A stretch of 63,890 bases of DNA, filler included, from Platydemus manokwari (lineage: Eukaryota): the NCBI GenBank assembly GCA_037951405.1. It is 6 parts of 6 records of this genome, joined end to end, with 100 filler letters (N's around TTAATTAATTAA, not from the genome) between each part and the next. Parts side by side here need not be neighbours in the genome. Positions count along the whole stretch, not along the records: positions 1 to 8,719 come from JBBMOY011360538.1; positions 8,820 to 20,443 come from JBBMOY010561107.1; 4 more parts are not named here. One strand, given 5' to 3'. Position 1 is the first letter of the stretch; each line of letters begins with the position of its first letter. The position numbers were made by a program, and so were the translations under genes. This document shows positions 1 to 10,765 of this stretch, one piece after another. The notes under the pieces are model-generated. The model was not told the DNA's origin. It did not search any database and saw only the letters and a program-made list of their open reading frames with translations.

Positions 1-1189
1 TTACTAATTATTATTACATCAATTTTCAAATAAATTTTTAAATTTCAGTATTACCTACATTTTCAATCAAAAACTAAAAATTCTCACAATTTTATATCAT
101 ATTTTTTAACAAAAATTTCAATTTTATTTTAATAATTTTTCATACTGAGAGTTGAACAAACAATGTTGTTTAGCCATGATCCTTGGCTTTTATAAATATT
201 AACATGCCATTTATATATCTTTAACACAATTTTTAAATAGTTTTGATATTGCGTAAATTTTAATTATTCTTCACATTTTTAAAACATCATTTTGTTTCTT
301 TAAAATAAACTTCACAATTATTATTTAGGGTACAATTTTTGCACTTTTCGAAATTGATTCTCCTGTGCTTATGTCGTAAGAGCACCTTTGCCCAAATACC
401 TTACTAACGGTTTAGCATCTTATTGAAAGCAACCCGTTTTAGGTTTAGATGATTTTTCGATGTTGATTTTAAATATTAATAACATGAATGACTGGACTGG
501 GTCCAAGCCATTTATTGTAATCATAAATATTACATAATATATCATAATACATTACAGTGAATGTATTACAGTGAAGTTGCATCAAAAAATATAGAGATAG
601 AAAATTACTTGTAAATATCAAGCAATACATGTTGTGTGGAAGATTCTTCGATAAAATTATTGTGTATTTCCTTAATAGTGAATTAATTTTTATATGATTA
701 CTCAAGAGTGACAGATAAAAAATTAATCATAATTATAATTGACAATAAACCAATCTAGAATGATACATTTGTATTGGACGTTGCTTGATATTTTGCAGTC
801 TTATTTATAGTATTACATTCTCCTTATTTTGGTTTTTATCATATATTTCTTTTTTTTTCGCTTCCATTTTAATGTATTATCATTTTTTGTTCTATTTCTA
901 CACTTTTTAAATTCTAAATTTATAACCTATTCTATTTTTAGATGATTGCTTTAATATCCTAGTGAAAAACGGGCTCAATTCTATAACGATTTATTTTATA
1001 TAAACCTTATATAAACCTAGTTATTAATAATATTTAAACAAATCTAATATCCAATATTTATCTAACGTCCATCAGAAGTTGTTCTTGAAATATTTCTCAG
1101 CCACTCAATTCTTCGAAATTTTACCTATCCTTAGAAATCAAGAAGCACTTGACGGGGCTTAAAATTTTTCAAAATTCTGTGGAGATAAA

Positions 1190-3353
1190 TTTGCTAATTA
1201 TTTTGTTAGTTTTCTTCATGTACGTCAAACCATTGTGATCAGTGCGATTCACAAATTTCTTTGTCCGTAAATAATGCTTAAAATACATAGATGATTCAGG
1301 TATTGCCAAAAGCTCCGTCTTCGTTACGCAATAAACTTTTTTATAACTATCAAGGGTTCAGGAAGCATATGGTACTGCTCTGTTTTACAGTGTTATCCAA
1401 CTAGCTTAGAAGGGTACCAATCGCTCTGAAACTAGTGCCGGTATCTAAAATTATATATTTGTTTGGATCCGTCAAGGCTAAAATTGGAACTTTAATTTTT
1501 CGAACCTTTTCTCACGCTCTGTAGTTCACTCTAATTTCCTATCACTTCTGGTCTTAATTAATGCATAGTCTTTGATAAATGGTCTGTAATAATTGCAAAA
1601 TCACAAGGACGACCACACCTTGGTTACGCAAGAGGATTACATTGTTTTCTTAATCTACTTTTCTTTGTCATTATTAGTTTTTTTGCACTATCTGTATGAC
1701 TCAAAAAATTCGATATTCTATTGTCAAAAGCACATTTTTTGGGATTGATTTTCTAACCTGATGATCTAAGCAATCTGAAAAACTGGTCGAGTTTCTCATG
1801 GTGTTCTTGTACTTCCATACACTATGATATCTTCCAGATAAGCAAGAGTACATTTATATATTAAATTCATGAATATCTTATTAATTAGGCTATTAGTGCA
1901 GTACATAATTCAAAAGTCTGTAATTACAAAATTGTTCATTTCTAGTTCGAAACACCATTTTCAAATTAGAGTCTTCCTCAAGTTTGATCTGACAATATGC
2001 TTGGCCAAAATCTATTATGAAGAAGACTGTTGCGCCATAAACGTAGTCCAATAACGTTTGGATATCAAGTACAGGAGAAGAAAACTTCTCGGTTTGTTCG
2101 CTTAATTTTCGGAAGTATAAACACATCCTAAACGATCCATTTTTCTTTGGAACCACGACTAAAGGAGCGTTCCACAGGCTTTTGAAGGGATTTATGAAAT
2201 TATTTTCTAGAATATATCATTCTGTCACTAGCAAGAAATATTCCAAAAATCTTCCTCATATCCACTCCCCCGATATATCCTGGTAAAATTTCTTTTACCA
2301 CAATGATCTGTTTTACTAGAATATTTTTGTTCCAAACAATTGGTATTCTTATTTTTCCTAGACACGATTTATGTATATTGAAAAATACACCAGCTAATCG
2401 AACATCATAATCCTTTCCAATGAGCCCCCAATGGCTCTTATTCATTACTGTTATCGATTCTTCAGAATCTCATAAAATCTCAATTTATGTACCGTTATAA
2501 TCCATTGTTATCTACTTTCTACTTTTCGATGTATCTGTGAGTACTTTTTCTTCTTCTTTCCGTCTTGCTTTTGTACTACTATTTTATGTATGTCCTATTA
2601 ACTCAACCCTACTGTCGAGACAGGCACAGGAGGTTGGTGACAAGTTTTTCTCTTTCATGTAGAGTGAGCTAACATAATCACCTGATTCTATTTTGGTTTG
2701 AATAGTGACTTCACCTTCATCATTGATGCACAATATTTTCTTCGAACTATTATAATAGGCTTTTTGTTTAAATGACATTCTCTGAACGGATGTTTTTCTT
2801 TTCCGCAAATTAAACATTTATTCCGCAGTGGGCATTCAAACATTCGGTATCCAAGCTGACCACAGCAAAATCGAGCTCCTGATTTTAAATAATGACCACA
2901 TGATATGGGTTTTTCTCTACAATTGTTGTAGAATTTAGAAACAATAGCATGCATTGATCTTGTTGGTCTAATATTGCATGTGATTATTTGGTACACGATG
3001 ATATTCATTTCTTTTCTGCACGATTGAACTTGAGTTTTTGAAAGAAGTCTCTTTCTGAAAGGTTTCCTTGGGTCACTTTGAAATACCCACTGAGCATATG
3101 TATTTTTAATGACGTTTATCGGCTTCGTCTGAGTTAATTTCTCTAAATTGACACCCAACTCTATTATCCTATTTTCGGACATTGTAAGGTCGAGAATAAA
3201 ATACTCTTTCAATTTCTTGCTATTTAGATATTGCAGAATAAATAGTCTTGAAATTTCTTTTTTCTTATCATAAGTGTTCTTTGCTACTGTTCTCCCAAAT
3301 TGTGAATCTTGGCATACATTGTATTGGTATGTAAGAATGTTTTCAAAAATCAT
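1190..3353 (-). mobile_element. Degenerate Ty3/Gypsy LTR-retrotransposon gag-pol (gag with tandem zinc knuckles, protease, RT, RNase H); integrase missing
   Basis: 2688-3353 ORF contains FCCGQLGYRMFECPLRNKCLICGKEKHPFREC (two CCHC-type knuckles). Protease remnant at about 2200-2500. RT motifs VVPKKNGSFRMCLYFRKL and IDFGQAYCQI at 1893-2156. RNase H tail FKHYL..KKFVNRTDHNGLTYMKKT at about 1200-1320. Many stops and frameshifts. Confidence 0.93.
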
Positions 3354-3990
3354 TTCTCAATGTCTTCATTTGAAACAGAAGATAGAAGGGCTGCAAAGGT
3401 GTCCGAGAATCGAGAACAAAGTGTACAACGAGATTTTCAGGTAGCCAATACAATTTTTAGATACAGCTATGCTCAAGCGCTAAAAACTGGAATAACCGGT
3501 GGAATTACCATTTTATTCTATGAAATAGATGGCGAAAAAACTTTACAATAAGTGTCGAGGCATTCCAGACCTAAAAGAAGAACGCTTGCGCGGAGACAGT
3601 TGCTTCTGCTGTGGCGAAAGCAGACACTATAGGGGTCAGTGCCTCTTAAGGCACAAATGTTTAATTTGAGGACAAGAAGGCCATCATTTCAGAACATTCC
3701 ATTTGATACGATGTATCATACACAGAGTAGAAGGTAGAATTTTATGTATTCAGAACGGGATCGAGGAGCAGTTTGATCCAATTGAATATTTAGTAATGCA
3801 TGAGGTAGAGATTGAATCAATAGATAACAAGGAAATTCGAAAAGGAACCAGATGTGAAGAGATTATTAGGAAGGACGACGCTAAGGTGTGGAGTAAAGTG
3901 TTATTCAACATAGCTGAAGTGGAGATTTTGTGAGATTCGAGGGCGTCTATCATAGTGATTTGTGAAAATTATTGGAAGAAAGTAAAGAAA
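3330..3990 (+). mobile_element. Second Gypsy gag-protease fragment (related family), divergent from the first copy
   Basis: About 3600-3695 translates CFCCGESRHYRGQCLLRHKCLI*GQEGHHFR, a double zinc knuckle matching the minus-strand copy. About 3920-3960 reads EIL*DSRASII, a decayed D(S/T)GA protease motif. Confidence 0.82.
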
Positions 3991-5889
3991 ATTTCAGAAT
4001 AGTTTGATTACACTAGTGGAGTGTTTCTCGGACAGATAATTACCGATGAAAGTACCAAAACAGACAAATATTTTTCCACGCCCACTTACTCACATGATTT
4101 TTAACGGAGCGATCAACAGAATCTTCTAGAAATCATACCCAGTCTTTGAACACTTTGAATATTCCAGTAAAACTTGCTTAGAGAAATGCAGATGCGTTTT
4201 GACAGTTTTATGGTTACTCCAGGCCAGAGATATGTAATAGGGATAAATAAACACGGGTTGGTTGCTTAGAGTAATAATATATAAATATAGCTGAGAAAAA
4301 CTGGGAATGTAGTCAAACAAAAGAAGCAAGAATTGAGAAAATGGAAATTCAGAATAGAGATATGGAAAGATGGAACAAGTGGAGTGTGGAGCTTCATGGA
4401 TAACCCAAAAAATTCAAATAAAATCTAAAAAACTATTTTGAGAGTGAAACTTATTCGATAAATACGGTTTTAATAGAATTTTTAACACGTTTATTTTGTT
4501 TGCTGTCGATACTATTCCGATATTTTGCATGATAAATATAATTTGACACCTCAATAATCAATATATATTATTATAACATTGTGATATTTTGATGATGACG
4601 TTAATAATTTATAATAATTTATATTTTGATAAATGAATAATAAAAATATATAAATATAAACAACAGCAAACAATTAGTAAAACAAAATCAAAATCGAAAA
4701 CAAGGAGAACAAAAGTCAAATCGAATATCTGATATCAATGTGAGACTCAATAGCCATAGATCTGACTGGAAAATCGACGGAGAAAGAAGTTATTTTCGAC
4801 TATTAAAACAATAAACAATGACAAATTTTTATAAATCTTCTCTGGTAAACAATAAAATAATTTTATCTATTAGTTAGAAACGTTTTGTCAGAAAATCTCT
4901 ACCTCCTGGACTCATATTAACCACTAATAAAACTCAATGCATTTCATGAAATCAAAATCTTTGTCCTCTCGGCCAGTTAATCGTTTTATTATAATTAAAT
5001 GGCGTACGTTATTGATTGATAAATAAAAATGTGTGACTGAATTCTTCTCTTTGATATAAAATCAAAACACAGCACATATACTTCATATATCACCATTATA
5101 GCTCATGCTGTTGAAATGTTCCACCATTTCAGAGGAAACAATACTCAACAACAATAATAAGGGGGGGGCAGTATCTAAGTAGCTTAAATGTGCAATAATT
5201 GCTTTTAAAAATGTAAGGGGAAATAATAAATCAAATAATATCTAATATGAATTTCTATTTCATGATTTTTATGAAAAAATGCAAAATTATTATGGTAACA
5301 ATAAATGAATAAGCAAATTGCCTTACGTATCATCGAGTGTTCGAAAATTGTGTCGAACATTGAGTAGAGTTGCTATGTGATATTATAAATCTTTACCGAT
5401 TTATCAATGTAACGATTATTTGATAAATTATTGAGCTTTGAAAGATTGAAACATGTTGAATATTTGATTTTCTGTTCTCATAAATACCAATGTTTTTATT
5501 GATTAATCTTGGGAAGTGATAATTACAGACAGCGTTGTTTCTCACGTTAAAAATTCATCAGTGTGTTTCTAGAGGTAAATTATAAAATTATTTGACGTGT
5601 AACAAAAGAACAGTGTAAAAGTTACAAAAGATGTCGTACAATTTCAATTGAAAATTTAAACAAATGAAAAATCTAATAAACATATTTTATAAAATATATA
5701 TCTTATAAATTTTATTTATTTATTTATTTTGATCTTGTAAAAATTCAATTATCGTAAAGCACATGTTTCAGTGAACATTTTAACATTATATAAATTATAT
5801 TTTGAAGGTAGCTTTGATACAATTATAGTTTATAGAAGAAAACATCTAATTAATAATAAAATTAATTTGAAATAATGATTATATAAAGG

Positions 5890-6045
5890 TCTTGTCCGAT
5901 AGAAAATAATATTTATTTAACCAATAAAGAAAAGATGAAAATTGAGAAATATAAACAAAATATAATTCGTCTGTAAATCTGAAATTTTGAAAAAGTCACC
6001 TTTAAGGTCCAAACACTTTAACCACAGTTCTGGAGGTCGTTTTAT
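5890..6045 (+). repeat. Partial copy of the MITE-like repeat at 34500-34645
   Basis: About 150 nt of collinear similarity, ending in AGGTCCA.ACACTTT...GTTCTGGA.GT.GTTTTA. Confidence 0.85.
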
Positions 6046-6819
6046 GTCTTTTTCATATAATTCCGCAGATTTTGAAGCGAACTACAATCCGAAAACATCG
6101 TCAAACTATTCAGTGGAGTGAAATATTTTCCCACGTAGTGCGTTAAAAAATCTTGTATATTTTATGGTATATAAGTAACATACATTAAATTTTATCCAAT
6201 AATATTGCTTATCCACAACACAATAATATCTGTATTTATCTCAAATATAATCGGCATTGAATAGATAGTGTAACATGGCTGACGATAAAGAGAATTCTGC
6301 TGATGATAAAACAAGAACCAAACCAACCAATATAGAAGCCATATATTCAATGCGGTTTCTTTGATTTGTGGCATCTAAATAATTAGTCCAGCAGAATGTT
6401 TAAAGTCTTAATAAGCAATAAGTTTTTCATTTCAATACAAATTTGTCGTGATATTGTCTTTGTGGTCCCATTTTATAATAAATCATGAAGATTTGAAAAG
6501 TATTTAAATGATCTTTTGCCATAATTATTTGAAAATATTCTAGACGTATTTCCCAGACTGTGGTTTATGCAAACTGTAAAGTGATTTGAAATTGTTAATA
6601 ATACAGAGGTTATGGTAAACCACGTATTGTTTGAATTGTCATTTCAATTTCATAATAATTGCTGATCATTCTTGTCAACAAGAAATTATCAACTCTATCT
6701 TCCATATTAAAACTTACTAAATTTATATACATTCCGTACATACATATCGATCACATCTGATGTTTTGTGAAACGCTGAGAAATGGTTCCAAACAACCAAA
6801 GATTTTGCGACTTTTAATC

Positions 6820-8719
6820 AATTTGCATTTGATATGCTTTTGAGAAAATTGTCCGAGGAGAAAATTGTGCATACATGACGAAGAAGATGAAGCCGATTTT
6901 CAAACTGAAAGTGAAGCAAGTGATTGTGTTAGCTCACTTTCTATGGAAGACAAAAAATTGGAATCAACCTCCTGTGCCTATCTCGTCAGTGGGATTGAGT
7001 CAATAGGACATATATCAGCTAGAGATTGAATAGAAGTAAAGAAGAAAGACGGCAAGAGGAAGAGGAAGCATTCACAGATGCATCAGAAAGCAGATGGTAG
7101 ACAGTGGAGTAAAATTGAATGCAACGGTACACATATTGAAATTTTATGGGATTCTGGTGCATCAATAACAGTAATGAACGAGAGCAATTGGAAGCGCATT
7201 GGAGAGCCGCAGATTAAAAATTCTGACGTTCGATTGGCTGGTGTATTCTCCAATACACACAAATCATGTCTAGGAAAAATAAGGATCCAAATAGTTTGGA
7301 ACAACAAAATTCTAGTAAAGGAGATCATTGTAGTAAAAGAAATTTCACCAAGATTTATCGGAAGAGTTGATATGATGAAGACTTGTGGAATATTCCTTGC
7401 TGGGATAAAATCAATTGATGCCAAGGATGTGGGAAAGAAATACAGTGACCAAGACAGAATCGAAATCTCGCTGAAGAGTATTGCTGACCAGAATGATATT
7501 TTATTGAATAGATGTATAAAAAAATTGCTCAATTTTTATGGCTTCTCGGTTCGATTTGGGACTAACAAAATTGGTACAAAGATCCGTACAAAGGGAGAAC
7601 ATATTGCTCAAAACCCAGAAGGCAGCCTATAGATTTAAAAATCAAAATACATGAATTGATAGAAAATCCTCTGGAAAGTAATGTCATAACACCTTGCAAG
7701 AGCCCTTGGAACTCTCCTTTGGTCGTGTTTCCTAAAAAAAATGGATCGATCAGGATGTGTTTAGACTTCAGAAAATTAAACGAACAGACTGAGAAGTTTT
7801 CTTTCCGGTGCCTGACGTCATTGGATTCAGTGTATGGAGGGACAGTTTTCTCCACTATAGATTTAAGCCAAGCATATTATCAGGTTGAACTTGAGGAAGA
7901 TTCTAAAATGAAAACGGCTTTCAGCACTAGAACTGAGCTGTTCTATTTTAACTGACTGCTTTTTGGATTATGTACCCTGCCAGCAACGTTTCAGAGTCTA
8001 ATGAATACTATATTCAAGGACTTGATTTACAAAGGCGTTCTGGTTTATCTTGATGATATTTTAGTGTATGGAAGAACGGTAGAGGAACACAATGAGAAAC
8101 TTGAAAAGGTATTCAGGTTAATTAAATCATCAGGTTTGAAAATCAATCCCGGGAAATGCAGTTTTGGCACTAGAAAATTGAATTTCCTGAGTCATACGGT
8201 CAGTGCAGATGGTATAGAAAGTAATGACGACAAAGTAAAGAAAATTAAGGAAGCATTTAAACCTGGTTGCATCACTCACTTGAGGTCGTTCCTACGATTA
8301 TGTAATTATTACAGAAGATTTATCAAATATTACGTATAGATTACGGCTCCGTTATATGCGATGATGACTGGAAGTGACAAGAAATTGGAATGGAGTACAA
8401 AGTGTGAGGAAAGTTTTGGAAACCTTAAGGAACAATTATGCACAGTTCCGATTTTGGCCTTTCCAGATCCGAACAAAGAGATGATTTTAGACACCGACGC
8501 TAGTTACGGAGCGATTGGAGGCGTTTTAAGCCAGCTGGATGACAATGGAAAAGAAAGAGTAGTAGCCTATAGTTCTAGAACTCTTAACAATCATGGAAAA
8601 GGTTAGGAAAGAGCTTTTGGTAATTCAGGAGTTTACTATGCTTTTTAAGCATTATCTGTTGGGAAAGAAATTTGTGACTCGCACTGATCACAAAGCCTTG
8701 ACATACATGAAGAAAACTA
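6820..8719 (+). mobile_element. Ty3/Gypsy pol (protease-RT-RNase H), frameshifted, cut by the contig end
   Basis: ILWDSGASITVM protease; SPWNSPLVVFPKKNGSIRMCLDFRKLN; IDLSQAYYQV; VYLDDILV; ILDTDASYGAIGGVLSQ; TDHKALTY. Closely similar to the reverse complement of 1190-2730. Confidence 0.96.
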
Positions 8720-8819
8720 NNNNNNNNNNNNNNNNNNNNNNNNNNNNNNNNNNNNNNNNNNNNTTAATTAATTAANNNNNNNNNNNNNNNNNNNNNNNNN
8801 NNNNNNNNNNNNNNNNNNN
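8720..8819. other. Artificial contig linker (N44-TTAATTAATTAA-N44)
   Basis: The same 100-bp spacer, with stops in all six frames, occurs five times in the window. Confidence 0.98.
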
Positions 8820-9138
8820 ATAGAAAGTACAATAAACGCGCTTTAAAATGACATATAATACATCAATAATTGCTAATGATTTTAGTTAAATATTAAAAGT
8901 TTAAATATGCAATGCAAAAACGGCCATTATTTTCCCAACAACCTAATACAATGACTCATTCTGAATATTGAATATTATTTTACCTAAAACTAAAACTATA
9001 ATAATTAAAAACAAAAGAAGAATAAAAGAAATACAAAAATAGAATTAAAAAAATTAGTCACTAAATATAGAAATAATCCCAAAATCATAATCCATATAGA
9101 ACAGATAGTTATAGAACCCCGTAACAAGAAAAACAACA

Positions 9139-9363
9139 ATGAAACCCTTTGTCAAAACAACAACAAAAATTATAAGAACAATAAATAGTACCAAAACAAC
9201 CCCATTAAACAGAAATAAATCCCAAAATGAAATAACATTGAACATTGTATTCATAGGAGCATTAATATCCAACACTACTGCAGCTATTGTAATGGATATA
9301 GGCCATCAATTGTATAAAAAATACTGTAAAGACAATCCTCGCTCATGGGAGATTGATGCATGA
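9139..9363 (+). pseudogene. C-terminal remnant of a putative single-pass membrane protein (Thr-rich stalk, hydrophobic segment, basic tail); possibly env-like retroelement ORF
   Basis: KTTTKIIRTINSTKTTP followed by ITLNIVFIGALISNTTAAIVM, then YKKYCK. A comparable hydrophobic stretch (IGLLSIIIMINFLSVTL) lies 3' of pol in the first Gypsy copy (about 705-760, minus). Confidence 0.35.
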
Positions 9364-9744
9364 CAATTAACGTATAAAATAGAATTGTAAATAGATAAAT
9401 GTATGATTAAATTGTATAAATATTTGATTAAAATTGGAAATTTTTTAGTGAAAATTAATTGTAAATATAGGTTAAAAATTGAATATACAGTTAAGTGTAA
9501 ATACTAGTTGAAGAATTGTAAAATTGTATTTAATGGAAATAATTATGAAATTGAAATAATATGGAATGCTTATTGTAATTTTTGTTTTGAATGGAAAATC
9601 AATTACTGTACAAATAAAATACGGATGAATGTTGAGAAATTGTATGTATGGAATAAATTAATTCTTGTAAATAGAAAATCATTGGTGAATAAAATTTTTG
9701 TAAATAAAAAATATTTCCCAAATAAAAAGTTGGAGAAAAATAAT

Positions 9745-9945
9745 TTGACCAATGAAAAAATTACCCCGAAATCTTTAACCAATAAGAATAAGACCCATTA
9801 AATACTGACCAATAAGATCATAGGATTTAAAGCATATAAAAGTGGGCACCAACTCTTTAAAATTCATTTTATTACGTTAGAACCTACTAATCAACGACTA
9901 TTGGTAAGTGAATTTTTCCCTTGTATAGTTTATAACTATTTTAAG
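9745..9945 (+). promoter_or_regulatory. Pol II promoter: three CCAAT boxes, TATA box, Inr-like element and putative 42-nt 5'UTR intron
   Basis: ACCAAT with CCAAT starting at 9749, 9779 and 9809; TATAAAAG at 9835-9842; TCATTT about 29 nt after the TATA start; G|GTAAGT at 9904 and TTTTAAG| ending at 9945. Confidence 0.6.
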
Positions 9946-9954
9946 AATAAAAAC

Positions 9955-10765
9955 ACGGAAGCTACCACCACCATCGTGCAATATTTCCCAAGAAAATTCT
10001 ATAGAAATATCCAATCAGAAGTAAGAAAAGCACCTTTCGGAATAGGCAGCAGACATTTTAATGGAGTCAACCAAATCCCAAATTGCCTAAAATCAGTATC
10101 GCAGCTAAGAAGAGCAGTAGTGATATTACACTCTCAAGAACAAGCAAATTTCAACATCAAGAGTGTCATTCCAAATTTACCCTTTATATCTACAACGATC
10201 ATAGTTCACAATGCTCAAACAGAGATTAGCTTTAAATTCTATCGTGAAAAAATGGATTTAGAAGCCTTTTTATCGGCGACTATCTACCTTTCGCCCCAAA
10301 GACACTCCAACCATCAAACTCAACATGAAAAGATCAATATTCGTGCCAGAAATATTCCATATACATTAATGTTGGAATTCATTGAACCCAATCTGCCAGA
10401 TCCAGTTGAATTCAGAATACCCAATTTATATGTCACTGATAGCCCTATCAAGATATCATTTAGTGAGCCGGAAAACAATATGGCTTTTATTCGTAAACCC
10501 ACCGATATCAATCGATATGAAGAAAATTTCTTTGTCATATACCTTGATGTCAAACTAGCAGTGGGCGATAATAACAAAAATCATCCTATATGGATAAGCG
10601 TGGGAGACTATAGTGGAAGAATTTTGTTGGAACAAAAATGCTGTCCCAGGAGGGAAATTAAACATTACAATTCAAACAAAACCAGCCTTGAGGAATATGC
10701 ACTGCGTGGAGCAGTTGATTCGGAAGATTAAGATTAAATTCACATTATACTGAGCTCTAAATGCA
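9955..10765 (+). pseudogene. Orphan ORF with C-terminal DEDDh 3'-5' exonuclease-like domain (REX4/ISG20/REXO type), probably inactivated
   Basis: Open frame 9901-10731 in very AT-rich DNA. IYLDVKLAVG..HPIWISVGDYSGRILLEQKCCPRREIKHYNSNKTSLEEYALRGAVD aligns by eye to the REX4 pattern VALDCEMVG..ARVSIV.Y.G.V.YD.YV.P...VTDYRT..SGI....L..A.D. In-frame ACG at 9955 (AAAACACGG) looks like a mutated ATG. The frame continues past two TAA stops as IHIILSSK. Confidence 0.6.

Noticed and set aside
5155-5180. AAGGGGGGGGC-AGT as a polypurine tract and LTR start
   Set aside because: No second LTR copy, primer-binding site or adjacent integrase to support it.
8720-8819. TTAATTAATTAA palindrome repeated five times between N runs
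   Set aside because: Identical 100-bp construct with stops in six frames; an assembly or concatenation linker, not biology.
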